Source: Longimicrobiales bacterium (lineage in GTDB: Bacteria > Gemmatimonadota > Gemmatimonadetes > Longimicrobiales > Gaopeijiaceae). Taken from it: 64,000 nt of DNA. Each line of letters begins with the position of its first letter. Position 1 is the stretch's first letter. The notes under the pieces are model-generated. The model saw only the letters and a program-made list of their open reading frames with translations. It was not told the DNA's origin and made no database searches. This document shows positions 10,765 to 19,743 of the stretch, one piece after another. The position numbers and the translations under genes are program-made. Where the stretch lies: the NCBI GenBank assembly GCA_965248625.1, contig OZ252109.1:499424-563423 (forward strand). Direction: 5' to 3'.

Positions 10765-11640
10765 TCACGCCGTTATGGGGATCCGCGCTTCGAGCCAGCG
10801 CCCGATGTCCCGGAATACTTCCACGCGTCCCAAGTCGTTCCAGGGCTCGTGTCTGAATCCCGGTAACTCGATCACAGTCGTGTCTTCTTCGGATAGGCGC
10901 TGTACATACGACAGCGTGACCCTGGAATCGACGAGCCTATCGTCTCCTGGAACGAGAAAGAGGGTCTCGACACCTGGGGACCCGCGAAGGGCCGATCGCT
11001 GGGCAGCCTCGACTTCTTCAAAGAGCCGGGGAGAGACCAGGGAGTGTACGAGACGGTCCGCTGTCCACGCAGAGAGTCGTTCGGGATCCCGGGTGAGCAC
11101 GCTCGGGTCGGTCCCCGTTGAGATCGCGAACCCCGGCGCGACCGCACCGAGAAGTCGCCCGAGTCGGCGCTTCCACGGGGGGACCGGAGAGGCCGTACCG
11201 AGCCACGGCGCCGAGAGGATCGCTCCGCGGGGCCGCGGCCCGTACTCGTCCAGGTAGCGCAGCGTCACGAGGCCCCCCATGGAGTGCCCGATGAGAAACA
11301 GAGGCGGGTCGGCCGCTCCCGCGCTGCCTGGGCCGCGTGCTTCGACGAGCCGGTTCAGGACAAGGTCCAGATCCGACAAGAAGAGCCCGAAACTGCGCGT
11401 GTCGCCGCGGCGGCCGCCCGATTGTCCGTGGCCGCGCTGATCGTATGACACGAGGGAATGGCCTCGGTCAGCGAGCGTCTCCCCGAGCTCCCAGTACCTA
11501 CCGGAGTGATCGCCGAGACCGTGCACGAGAACCACGGTCGAACGCGCCGGTGTCGCCTCCCAGGACACGGTGCGCAAGCGAACGCCGTCCTCTGCCTCGA
11601 GCCAGCCTCCTGTTGGGCCCTCAGCGCGTCCCCCGGTCAA
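10765..11640 (-). CDS. alpha/beta-hydrolase (lysophospholipase/monoacylglycerol-lipase-like)
   Basis: HGLGDHSGRY and the GHSMGG nucleophile elbow are present. It has a TTG start. Confidence 0.8.
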   Translation of the reverse strand: MTGGRAEGPTGGWLEAEDGVRLRTVSWEATPARSTVVLVHGLGDHSGRYWELGETLADRGHSLVSYDQRGHGQSGGRRGDTRSFGLFLSDLDLVLNRLVEARGPGSAGAADPPLFLIGHSMGGLVTLRYLDEYGPRPRGAILSAPWLGTASPVPPWKRRLGRLLGAVAPGFAISTGTDPSVLTRDPERLSAWTADRLVHSLVSPRLFEEVEAAQRSALRGSPGVETLFLVPGDDRLVDSRVTLSYVQRLSEEDTTVIELPGFRHEPWNDLGRVEVFRDIGRWLEARIPITA

Positions 11641-12842
11641 TGGACCTCATGGAGGAGGCGATGGAGAAGCGCGAGAACAGCCTGTGCGCTACGCTCGCGA
11701 ATCGCATCGCGGTCGCCCGGAAACACCCGCTTCCTCGCATCCGTCCTCTCGCCGACGCGGGCGGCGTACCAGACGGTTCCCACCGGCTTTTCCTCGGACC
11801 CCCCACTCGGCCCGGCGATCCCCGTAACGGCGAGGCCCACGTCCGCCGCGAAGGCATTCGCCACGCCCAGAGCCATTGCGCGGGCGACCTCCTCCGATAC
11901 GGCACCCGCCGCTGCGAGGACTTCGCTGGGGACGCCCAACCGTGTGACCTTGACCTCGTTCGAGTACGCGACGACTCCGCCGGCGAAGTACGCCCCCGAG
12001 CCCGGGAGGTCGGTGAGACGCTTGGCGACGAGTCCACCGGTGCAACTCTCCGCGACGGCCAGGGTGCGCCCGCCTGCCACCAGGCTCGTGGCCAAGGCCT
12101 CTACGATGTCGCCGCTCGCCGCCAGGTAGCGATACCGCTCGATCATGGGCATCAACAGCGCCTCGGTGCGGTCCAGCCAATCCACCACGGCTGGGTCGGC
12201 GGCGGTGCCCCGTGCGGTCAGTCGAAGATCGACGCCTGTGACGTGAGGCAGATACGCAAGCGATACCGGGCCGAGGTGCTCGGGGAGGCCGGCCTCGATG
12301 CGCTCCGCGAGGGCGGATTCGGCGATACCGGTGGTGTGGAAGACGCGGTGCACGACTGGATGGAGCCGGTCTCTGAGCCGATCCTCGAGCAAGGGCACGA
12401 CGGCTTCCGAAAAGAGTGCGCGCATTTCCCTCGGTACTCCCGGTAACAGAACGACTGACTTGCCGTCCGTCTCCAGGACGAGTCCGGGCGCGGTCCCCAG
12501 CCGATTCGAAAGGACCAACGCGCCCTCAGGGACCTCAGCCTGACGCGCGTTGGTCGAGGGGAGCTTCCCGAAGCCACGAGAGGTGAACCTCCTCTCCATG
12601 TCATCGAGGAGGTCCTGCTGGAGATGCAGGGGCGCACAGAGCAGATCCGCGACCGCATCTCGAGTGATGTCGTCCGCCGTCGGGCCGAGTCCCCCGGTGA
12701 CGATGACGACATCCGAGAGATCCAAGGCCTGCGACACGGCTCGACCTACGTCCGATGGGCGGTCCCCGACCACGAAGCGCGCTCGCACCGGAAGGCCCAT
12801 GCTCGCCATCTCGCGACCGAGCCAAGCGCCATTGGTGTCCAC
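11637..12842 (-). CDS. cinA: competence/damage-inducible protein CinA (MoCF-binding N-terminal domain plus PncC-like C-terminal domain)
   Basis: VIVTGGLGPTADDITRDAVADLL is present. The true start may lie a few codons upstream (it has a non-ATG start). There is a 4-bp overlap with the downstream hydrolase gene. Confidence 0.85.
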   Translation of the reverse strand: MDTNGAWLGREMASMGLPVRARFVVGDRPSDVGRAVSQALDLSDVVIVTGGLGPTADDITRDAVADLLCAPLHLQQDLLDDMERRFTSRGFGKLPSTNARQAEVPEGALVLSNRLGTAPGLVLETDGKSVVLLPGVPREMRALFSEAVVPLLEDRLRDRLHPVVHRVFHTTGIAESALAERIEAGLPEHLGPVSLAYLPHVTGVDLRLTARGTAADPAVVDWLDRTEALLMPMIERYRYLAASGDIVEALATSLVAGGRTLAVAESCTGGLVAKRLTDLPGSGAYFAGGVVAYSNEVKVTRLGVPSEVLAAAGAVSEEVARAMALGVANAFAADVGLAVTGIAGPSGGSEEKPVGTVWYAARVGERTDARKRVFPGDRDAIRERSAQAVLALLHRLLHEVH

Positions 12843-12913
12843 CGTAAAACCGAAGAGAAGCTCGTCCCCGACGGTGACGATTGCACCGAAAGCCGGTGCG
12901 TTCCCCGGCGAGG

Positions 12914-13558
12914 TCAGTGGTGCGCCTCAGGCAATGAGCGGTTCTGCCAGAAGTAGACGGCCATCGAGTACACGGTCAGAAGCAGAGCCACGGCGAGGGT
13001 GAGGCCGATGAACGCGCCGTGGAATTGGCTCCAGAGCCGCCACAATCGCCCGCTCCAATCGCCTTGGATCGCGAGTCGGTGGAGTGGATACCAGAGAAGC
13101 AAGCCCCCGATGAACAGGTTTTGGAGAAATGCCTTGTACTTGCCGGACTTGCCCGCCGCGATGACGACGCCCCGTCGCGCTGCGTAGCCGCGGAGGAGGG
13201 TGACCGCGACCTCGCGTCCAAGGATGATCAGCATCACCCAAACCGGGAGCTCTCCCCACCACGGGATCAAGCCGTCACCGCCGGGACGGCGGGAAACGAT
13301 GTAGAACGGGATGATGGTGCAGAGAAGGAGGAGCTTGTCTGCAATCGGATCCAGCAACTTCCCCATGTCGGTGATGAGGCCGTGCTTGCGAGCGAGATAT
13401 CCGTCCCAGAGATCGCTGAGCGCCGCTGCCACGAAAAGCACGAACGCCGCGATCAGTGCGGCCACGCTGGACGAGATTGCGAGAAGGAAGATCGCTGGGG
13501 AAACGACGATCCGGGTAACGGTGATGATGTTGGGAAGGTTCAGGCGGCTCCTCGCCAT
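12914..13558 (-). CDS. pgsA: CDP-diacylglycerol--glycerol-3-phosphate 3-phosphatidyltransferase
   Basis: The CDP-alcohol phosphatidyltransferase motif DLWDGYLAR...GKLLDPIADK is present with multiple TM helices. pgsA-cinA is a conserved pair. Confidence 0.85.
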   Translation of the reverse strand: MARSRLNLPNIITVTRIVVSPAIFLLAISSSVAALIAAFVLFVAAALSDLWDGYLARKHGLITDMGKLLDPIADKLLLLCTIIPFYIVSRRPGGDGLIPWWGELPVWVMLIILGREVAVTLLRGYAARRGVVIAAGKSGKYKAFLQNLFIGGLLLWYPLHRLAIQGDWSGRLWRLWSQFHGAFIGLTLAVALLLTVYSMAVYFWQNRSLPEAHH

Positions 13559-13565
13559 TTGTCGC

Positions 13566-14144
<579 letters not shown>

Positions 14145-14378
14145 CGAACGGCCCCTACACTCCTTCCCGGAACACCCGGTCTATTCGCTTTCCGCCCCAG
14201 CCACACGAGCCAGCCCCAACACTGCCGAACCGCCCTCGAGAGGCCCTCGGGCAAACATCGACCGGAGCGACGATCGAGCCCGGCCTAAAGTCGGACTCGC
14301 CCCCCGGAGTGGCAAGGTGCTCACGAACTGCGCTGTCACAAGGTGATCCGAGCCCCGGATGGTTCCACCCAACACTGA

Positions 14379-14693
14379 TCATGCGGTCCCCGTACGGAGG
14401 CCCGCGTCACCGTCTCCGAGCTCGCGCTCCATGCGCTCGACGATGGCTTGAGCACGGGTCTGGAGGAGCTTTCTGGGCTCCCACGCGATGAAGTCTCTGA
14501 GCAGGTTGACGCCGTTGACGGTGGCCCGCTCTCGGCCCATGTGTCCCAGCGCGGCGAGACGCCGGAACGTCAGGGGATTGAAGAGGTCTCTCTGGTGACG
14601 AGACATCTGGTCACGAATGAGCAACGCCGCGAGGCCTCCGGCCACGGCTGTTGCCAACGCTGCGATGCCCACCACCTTGATCTTCTTGTTCAC
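14379..14693 (-). CDS. hypothetical membrane-anchored protein (104 aa)
   Basis: It has an N-terminal TM/signal (KIKVVGIAALATAVAGGLAALLI) and GC3-rich codons. It lies between recR and mglA on the same strand. Confidence 0.4.
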   Translation of the reverse strand: MNKKIKVVGIAALATAVAGGLAALLIRDQMSRHQRDLFNPLTFRRLAALGHMGRERATVNGVNLLRDFIAWEPRKLLQTRAQAIVERMERELGDGDAGLRTGTA

Positions 14694-14717
14694 TTCGACT
14701 CCATCTGGCCGACCCGG

Positions 14718-15311
14718 CTACATCTCACGGCGCCCGTGCAGCGCCTGCGCCAGGGTCGTTCCGTCCACGTATTCCAAGTCGCTCCCGACCGGTATTCCGG
14801 TGGCGAGGCGTGTAACCCGGGGCCCGAGCGCCCGGATCTCTTTCTCCAGATAGACCGCCGTGGCCTCGCCTTCTACGCTGGGGTTGGTAGCCAAGATGAC
14901 CTCCGCGACCACAACCTCTGAAGACCGGATCCGTTGGAGCAGCGAACCGAGGTTCAGTTGCTCGGGTCCGATCCCGTCCAGCGGGGACAAATGCCCACCC
15001 AGAACGTGATATATGCCCCCGTATTGCCGGGTACGCTCCACCGCGCCAACGTCGAAGCTCCCCTCGACCACACAAATCATCGAGGCGTCCCTCCGCGGGT
15101 TCGCGCAAACCTCGCAGAGCTCGTCCTCGCCGAAATTGCCGCACCTGACGCAGGGCCGTACCCGGTCTGCCAAATCCTGGATCGCTCCAGAGAGCCGGCG
15201 AGACTCCTGTTGGCCGCTTCTCATCAAGTGGTGCACCAGGCGAAGTGCTGTTTTGGGGCCGATTCCCGGTAGCCGCGACAACTCGGCGGTGACACGCTCG
15301 ATCACAGACAT
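14718..15311 (-). CDS. recR: recombination protein RecR
   Basis: It has the HhH motif (LPGIGPKTALRLV), a C4 zinc finger (CVRCGNF...CEVC) and a Toprim domain. Confidence 0.95.
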   Translation of the reverse strand: MSVIERVTAELSRLPGIGPKTALRLVHHLMRSGQQESRRLSGAIQDLADRVRPCVRCGNFGEDELCEVCANPRRDASMICVVEGSFDVGAVERTRQYGGIYHVLGGHLSPLDGIGPEQLNLGSLLQRIRSSEVVVAEVILATNPSVEGEATAVYLEKEIRALGPRVTRLATGIPVGSDLEYVDGTTLAQALHGRREM

Positions 15312-15386
15312 TCCGCGCCCGTGCCTGATCTGTCAGTGCGTGTACCGTCGACCCGATCCTGGTTTCTGAGCACTAAGGAGGCGGAC

Positions 15387-15710
15387 TTAGAACAGGCCTG
15401 GAATCTGCATCGGTAGCGGGAGCCCTCCCGCCATCTTCTTCATCTCCTCCTCGTACACCCCGCGGGCCTTACTCTGCGCCTCTGCCACGGCCGCGAGGAC
15501 CAGATCTTCGAGCATCTCCACATCCTCAGGGTCGACCACAGAGGGCTCGATCGTGATTCGCCGGACGGTCCCCTTGCCGTCCACGACCGCGGTGACCATG
15601 CCTCCTCCGGAAGAGGCCGACAGCTCCTGGCGATCCAAGCTCTCCTGGAGCTCGGCCACCTTGGTCTGCATCTGCTGCCCCAATTGAATGAGCTGTTGCA
15701 GATTCTTCAT
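15387..15710 (-). CDS. ybaB: nucleoid-associated protein YbaB/EbfC
   Basis: It is 107 aa and shows the typical QMQ...GGGMVTAVVDGKGTV pattern. It lies between dnaX and recR. Confidence 0.9.
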   Translation of the reverse strand: MKNLQQLIQLGQQMQTKVAELQESLDRQELSASSGGGMVTAVVDGKGTVRRITIEPSVVDPEDVEMLEDLVLAAVAEAQSKARGVYEEEMKKMAGGLPLPMQIPGLF

Positions 15711-15751
15711 TGGACAATTCGCCCGGTATCGGTGGAGGAAATCAGCAAAGA

Positions 15752-17557
15752 TTATTCCAATAACTCGAGGTCGAGTTCTTCTACCGCCCGCCCCAGGAGT
15801 GGTTCCCGCTCGACGAGCTCTCTCAGGCGGCTTTCCGTCACTCGCTGTCGAGTGATCCTGACGGGCTTTCCGGCGGGCGCAGGGGAGCCCTCCGCGACCT
15901 CGATCTGCGGCTCACGACCGAGGTATCGAGCGAGCGATTTGACCAGCTCGCGACGAGCTCCAGGCTCCCTCAAGCGCTCGAGTCCAGGGCCCGCCGGTAG
16001 AGTGAGCCGCAGGCCGTCCGGTCCCGCTCGGTCCACGCTGGCTGCCCTGAGGAATGGACTCAACCCCACTGGAACTTCCGTTCGGTCGTCCAGCATACGA
16101 CCGAAGGCGGAGACGGGATCTCCTGCGGCAGCGAGCTCCCCGTCACGTGCCTTCTCGGTCTGCCCAGGAGTCTCAGGCATTCCGTGTGGGGCCTCCGGCC
16201 CCGGATCGTAAGACTCAGCGAGAGCGGCCGTTGCACGTTTTGGGGACCCGTCCCCCCCGCTCGTCTTCGGCGGTGGTCCCTGCGGGTCGCCGGCCGCCAT
16301 CGGTTCAACCGAATCGGTCGCGGAATCCGCACGCTGGACATTTCCGCTGACGGAAGTCGAGGGGTTCGAGTCGAATGCCGAACCCGTGCCCAGCCCTCGA
16401 AGCAGCTGCTCGATCTCGACGGTCCGATCCAAGTAGCTGAAGCGAAGGAGAAGCAGCTCGATGAGAACACGGGGCTGTCCGACGCGCTTGAGACTGCCGA
16501 CGGCCTCCAGATCGGCCGCCATCGCGAGCATCCGCACCAGATCACTGGCCCCGAACGCATCCACGCGCTCCTGGAGTGCGGCGCGATAGTCGACCTCTAC
16601 TTCGACGGAATCCGCCCCGTCCAACCGAAGTCGCAACAGCAGACGGAGGGCTTCGACAAGGCCGTGGTAAAACTCGACGAGGTCATAGCCCTCGTCCAAA
16701 AGGGCCTCGACAAAGGAAAATATTTCCGCATGCCGGCGACCGGACACGAGGTCGAACAGCTCCAAATAGCGCTCTTCCTCGACCAGACCCAGTACCGTCT
16801 TCACCGACTGGGTCGATATCTCGGCGCCCGTCAGGGCCAATACCTGATCCAATAGCGACAGGGCGTCGCGCATGCCGCCGTCTGCCTTCCGGGCGATGAT
16901 GCGCAAGGGCTCCGGGGCAGACTGGGCCCCCTCTCGCTCGATGACTTCCTTCAGCCTGGTCACGATGTCCCGGACCCCGAGACGCCGAAAATCGAATCGC
17001 TGGCATCGCGAGAGGATCGGGGAAGCGGACTGCTGGATCTTCTGTGGTTCCGTCGTAGCAAAGATGAAGATCACGCGCGGGGGCGGCTCCTCGAGGATCT
17101 TGAGTAGCGCGTTCCAGGCCTCCCGTGTGAGCATGTGCGCCTCGTCCACGATGTAGACCTTGAAGCGCGTCTCGTCGGACGGGGCGTACATGGCGCGTTC
17201 GCGTAGATCACGCGCGTCGTCTACGCCGCGGTTGGAGGCCGCATCTATCTCGACGACGTCGAGTGACGTGTGACCACTCCACACCCGCGCACATCTCTCG
17301 CATTCGCCGCACGGCTCGCCGTCGTCCCCCCGGGCGGGACAGTTGAGAGCCATGGCGAGCACCCGGGCGAGGGTCGTCTTGCCGACGCCGCGTGGACCGC
17401 AGAAGAGATAGGCGTGCCCGGTCCGCTCAGTGGCCACTGCGCGCCGGAGCGTTTCTGAGACGTGCTCCTGCGTCGCCACTTCCGCGAAGCTGCGTGGACG
17501 GTACTTACGGGCGAGTGCTGTGTGGGACACGTTGGCCGGTTGTGGGCGTACGATCAC
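15752..17557 (-). CDS. dnaX: DNA polymerase III subunits gamma/tau
   Basis: GPRGVGKTT Walker A, a zinc module (CGECERC) and clamp-loader domains are present. Confidence 0.95.
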   Translation of the reverse strand: MIVRPQPANVSHTALARKYRPRSFAEVATQEHVSETLRRAVATERTGHAYLFCGPRGVGKTTLARVLAMALNCPARGDDGEPCGECERCARVWSGHTSLDVVEIDAASNRGVDDARDLRERAMYAPSDETRFKVYIVDEAHMLTREAWNALLKILEEPPPRVIFIFATTEPQKIQQSASPILSRCQRFDFRRLGVRDIVTRLKEVIEREGAQSAPEPLRIIARKADGGMRDALSLLDQVLALTGAEISTQSVKTVLGLVEEERYLELFDLVSGRRHAEIFSFVEALLDEGYDLVEFYHGLVEALRLLLRLRLDGADSVEVEVDYRAALQERVDAFGASDLVRMLAMAADLEAVGSLKRVGQPRVLIELLLLRFSYLDRTVEIEQLLRGLGTGSAFDSNPSTSVSGNVQRADSATDSVEPMAAGDPQGPPPKTSGGDGSPKRATAALAESYDPGPEAPHGMPETPGQTEKARDGELAAAGDPVSAFGRMLDDRTEVPVGLSPFLRAASVDRAGPDGLRLTLPAGPGLERLREPGARRELVKSLARYLGREPQIEVAEGSPAPAGKPVRITRQRVTESRLRELVEREPLLGRAVEELDLELLE

Positions 17558-17660
17558 GGGGGGCTGGACACGGGGTCCCGGACGTCGTGAGTCGACGCGT
17601 GAAGAGCGTGTCGAGCGAGGTCCTGCTAGGCCGCTGGGAGTGCGAAATCAGGACGCCAAT

Positions 17661-17760
17661 GCGCCCCAGGCGACTCGCAGCAACGATCGCCGCACTTACC
17701 GCTGCTGCCTGCGGGGCCCTGACGGGTTTCATGGGCTCTCGCTCTGCGGACCTGGGGCAC
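17661..17760 (-). ncRNA. ffs: signal recognition particle RNA (small 4.5S-type SRP RNA)
   Basis: The minus strand reads GUGCCCCAGG...CCCGUCAGGGCCCCGCAGGCAGCAGC...CCUGGGGCGC. The conserved domain IV motif is present. The 5'/3' ends pair (GCCCCAGG/CCUGGGGC). It sits at the conserved position immediately upstream of dnaX. Coordinates are +/-5 bp. Confidence 0.7.
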
Positions 17761-17878
17761 GCCGAAGTCTAGATCAGGGTGTTCAGCCCGTCAAGTTGAA
17801 CGGCCTGTAAGTCGTTTCACAGCATCGAAAACGGCACTTGAACGCGCTGGCCTCCGTCCGTCGCGCTGAACCCATCAT

Positions 17879-18316
17879 TCAACCCAACCGCCAGGCGTCC
17901 GGCACATGCTCCACGACCGTTCGGCCGCTGCAGTCGAAGCTCACTGCGACCGCGTCGAAGCGCACGACCAAGCCACGCAGCCCCCCTCGTGCTTCAACCC
18001 AGGCTCGAGCGACACGCCCGATCTCCCTCTGCTTCTTTGCCGTGATCGCCTCCAGCGGATGGCCGAACCCAACACCCTTCCGTGACTTCACTTCGACGAA
18101 CGCGATGATTTGCCCGAGCCGCATGACGAGGTCGACCTCATTGCGTCCGGCACGGTAGTTACGCTCGAGCAGGGTCCAGCCGGCGCGCTCCAGGAAGTGG
18201 CAAGCCAGAGCCTCACCGTGGCGACCTAGTTGGTGGGATGCACCCATGCCGGAGTGTACATGTGCGGCACGGGCGCAGGGATGGAAAGAGCGCCCATCCG
18301 CCCTTCCTGTGGCCAC
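17879..18316 (-). CDS. yraN: YraN-family (UPF0102) endonuclease
   Basis: The typical LLERNYR...EVDLV...FVEVKSR core is present. The true start may be an internal Met. Confidence 0.75.
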   Translation of the reverse strand: MATGRADGRSFHPCARAAHVHSGMGASHQLGRHGEALACHFLERAGWTLLERNYRAGRNEVDLVMRLGQIIAFVEVKSRKGVGFGHPLEAITAKKQREIGRVARAWVEARGGLRGLVVRFDAVAVSFDCSGRTVVEHVPDAWRLG

Positions 18317-18382
18317 CGGCTACGCTGCGTCGCCCACACTGATGCCCCGATGCGAAGGGCTCGGCCGCTACAGTGAGGCGGG

Positions 18383-19435
18383 TTAGGCCCCGGAAACTGC
18401 CGCTGCTTGGAGTGGCGGGACCAGCTCGCGGTCGATGGCCGACGCGATGACGCGGATCCGCTCCATGAGCTCGGAGAACTGGTCGGGATAGAGAGATTGC
18501 GCGCCGTCCGACTTCGCCTCCGGCGGATTCGGGTGAACTTCCACCATCAACCCGTCCGCCCCGGCGGCCACGGCGGCCCGCGCCATGGGGATCACCTTTG
18601 AGCGGAGCCCCGTCCCGTGACTGGGGTCGGCAATGATCGGAAGGTGGGAAAGGGCTTTCACAACTGGAATCGCGGTGAGGTCAAGCAGATTCCGCGTGTG
18701 ATTGTCGAAGCTGCGGACGCCCCGTTCGCAAAGGACGATGTCCCCGTTCCCCTCGGCGAGAATATACTCGGCCGCCAAGAGCAGCTCGTCGATCGTCGCG
18801 GACATCCCGCGCTTGAGGAGGATCGCGCGCTCCGAGCGCCCGGCCCGACGCAGCAATGGATAGTTCTGCATGTTGCGAGCGCCGATCTGAACGATGTCGG
18901 CGTACTCCTCGACAAGCTCGAAGCCCTCCAAGTCGAGCGCTTCCGTAACGATCGCGAGCCCTGTGGCCTCTCGCGCCTGGGCCAACAGCTCGAGTCCAGC
19001 GCGTCCCAGTCCCTGGAACGAGTACGGCGAGGTCCGAGGCTTGAACGCGCCGCCCCGAAGGATCGTGGCCCCAGCGCTCCTCAGCTGCCCCGCGACGCCC
19101 ATGATCTGGCCTTCCGACTCGACCGCGCAGGGGCCCGCCATGATCGCGATCTCACGTCCACCGATACGCGTCCCGTTCTCCAACGCGACGACGGTGTTTT
19201 CTTCGCGCCATTCGCGAGACACCTGCTTGTACGGATGGCTGACTGGGATGAGCTCGCGGACTCCGGGCAACCCGGACAGCCGGGCCGAGTCAACGCGTCC
19301 GTCGTTACCGACGAGTCCGATGGCGGTGCGTTGATGGCCGGGGATCGTCCGAGCTTCGTAGCCGAGGGCCCGGATGGTCTCCACCGCTCCCTGCACCTCC
19401 TCGGGCGTGGCGTTGTGTTTCATGACGATCAGCAT
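18383..19435 (-). CDS. aroF: 3-deoxy-7-phosphoheptulonate (DAHP) synthase, class I-beta with N-terminal ferredoxin-like regulatory domain
   Basis: MLIVMKH..., GPCAVES and KPRTSPYSFQG/GARNMQN motifs are present. The ORF extends 50 codons further upstream, but the conserved N-terminus begins at MLIVMK. Confidence 0.88.
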   Translation of the reverse strand: MLIVMKHNATPEEVQGAVETIRALGYEARTIPGHQRTAIGLVGNDGRVDSARLSGLPGVRELIPVSHPYKQVSREWREENTVVALENGTRIGGREIAIMAGPCAVESEGQIMGVAGQLRSAGATILRGGAFKPRTSPYSFQGLGRAGLELLAQAREATGLAIVTEALDLEGFELVEEYADIVQIGARNMQNYPLLRRAGRSERAILLKRGMSATIDELLLAAEYILAEGNGDIVLCERGVRSFDNHTRNLLDLTAIPVVKALSHLPIIADPSHGTGLRSKVIPMARAAVAAGADGLMVEVHPNPPEAKSDGAQSLYPDQFSELMERIRVIASAIDRELVPPLQAAAVSGA

Positions 19436-19529
19436 GCTGGTCTCGTCCCATCCGTTGCTGGCGCCTCTCCGCAGAGCGGGGGTCCGCGTAGGCACCCGCG
19501 GGCCCCCCATGCGCAGCCATCTCTCAACT

Positions 19530-19612
19530 TCCTCAGCGGCCCTTAAGGGACCTCTGCACAAGCGTCTGCGCGAGACCCGCCACACTTCTGCAGAGGCTCC
19601 CTAAGGGTACAT
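19530..19612. repeat. Long imperfect inverted repeat (about 19-bp arms, about 38-nt spacer) in the smc/aroF intergenic region
   Basis: GCCCTTAAGGGACCTCTGCA ... TGCAGAGGCTCCCTAAGGGTAC. Coordinates are approximate. Confidence 0.4.
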
Positions 19613-19743
19613 ATCCCCAATGTCGGCGTCTACGGGCGCGGCATGACCAGACGGAAGCGCGAGTCCGGGCTTCGAGCACCCGGGCCGCGAGGCGCTCTTC
19701 CGGGGGGGTTGGACGGGCGTCGCCTACTGCGGCTCGCGGAGGG

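Noticed and set aside
14155-14382. A 75-aa minus-strand ORF directly upstream of mglA as a possible MglB
   Set aside because: Its sequence (MISVGWNHPGLGSPCDSAVREH…) has no roadblock/LC7 character and is Gly/Arg-rich. It is likely non-coding.
17392-17772. The 126-aa plus-strand ORF and overlapping 75-aa minus-strand ORF in the dnaX upstream region
   Set aside because: The region encodes the SRP RNA. The ORFs are Arg-rich and have no homolog-like features.
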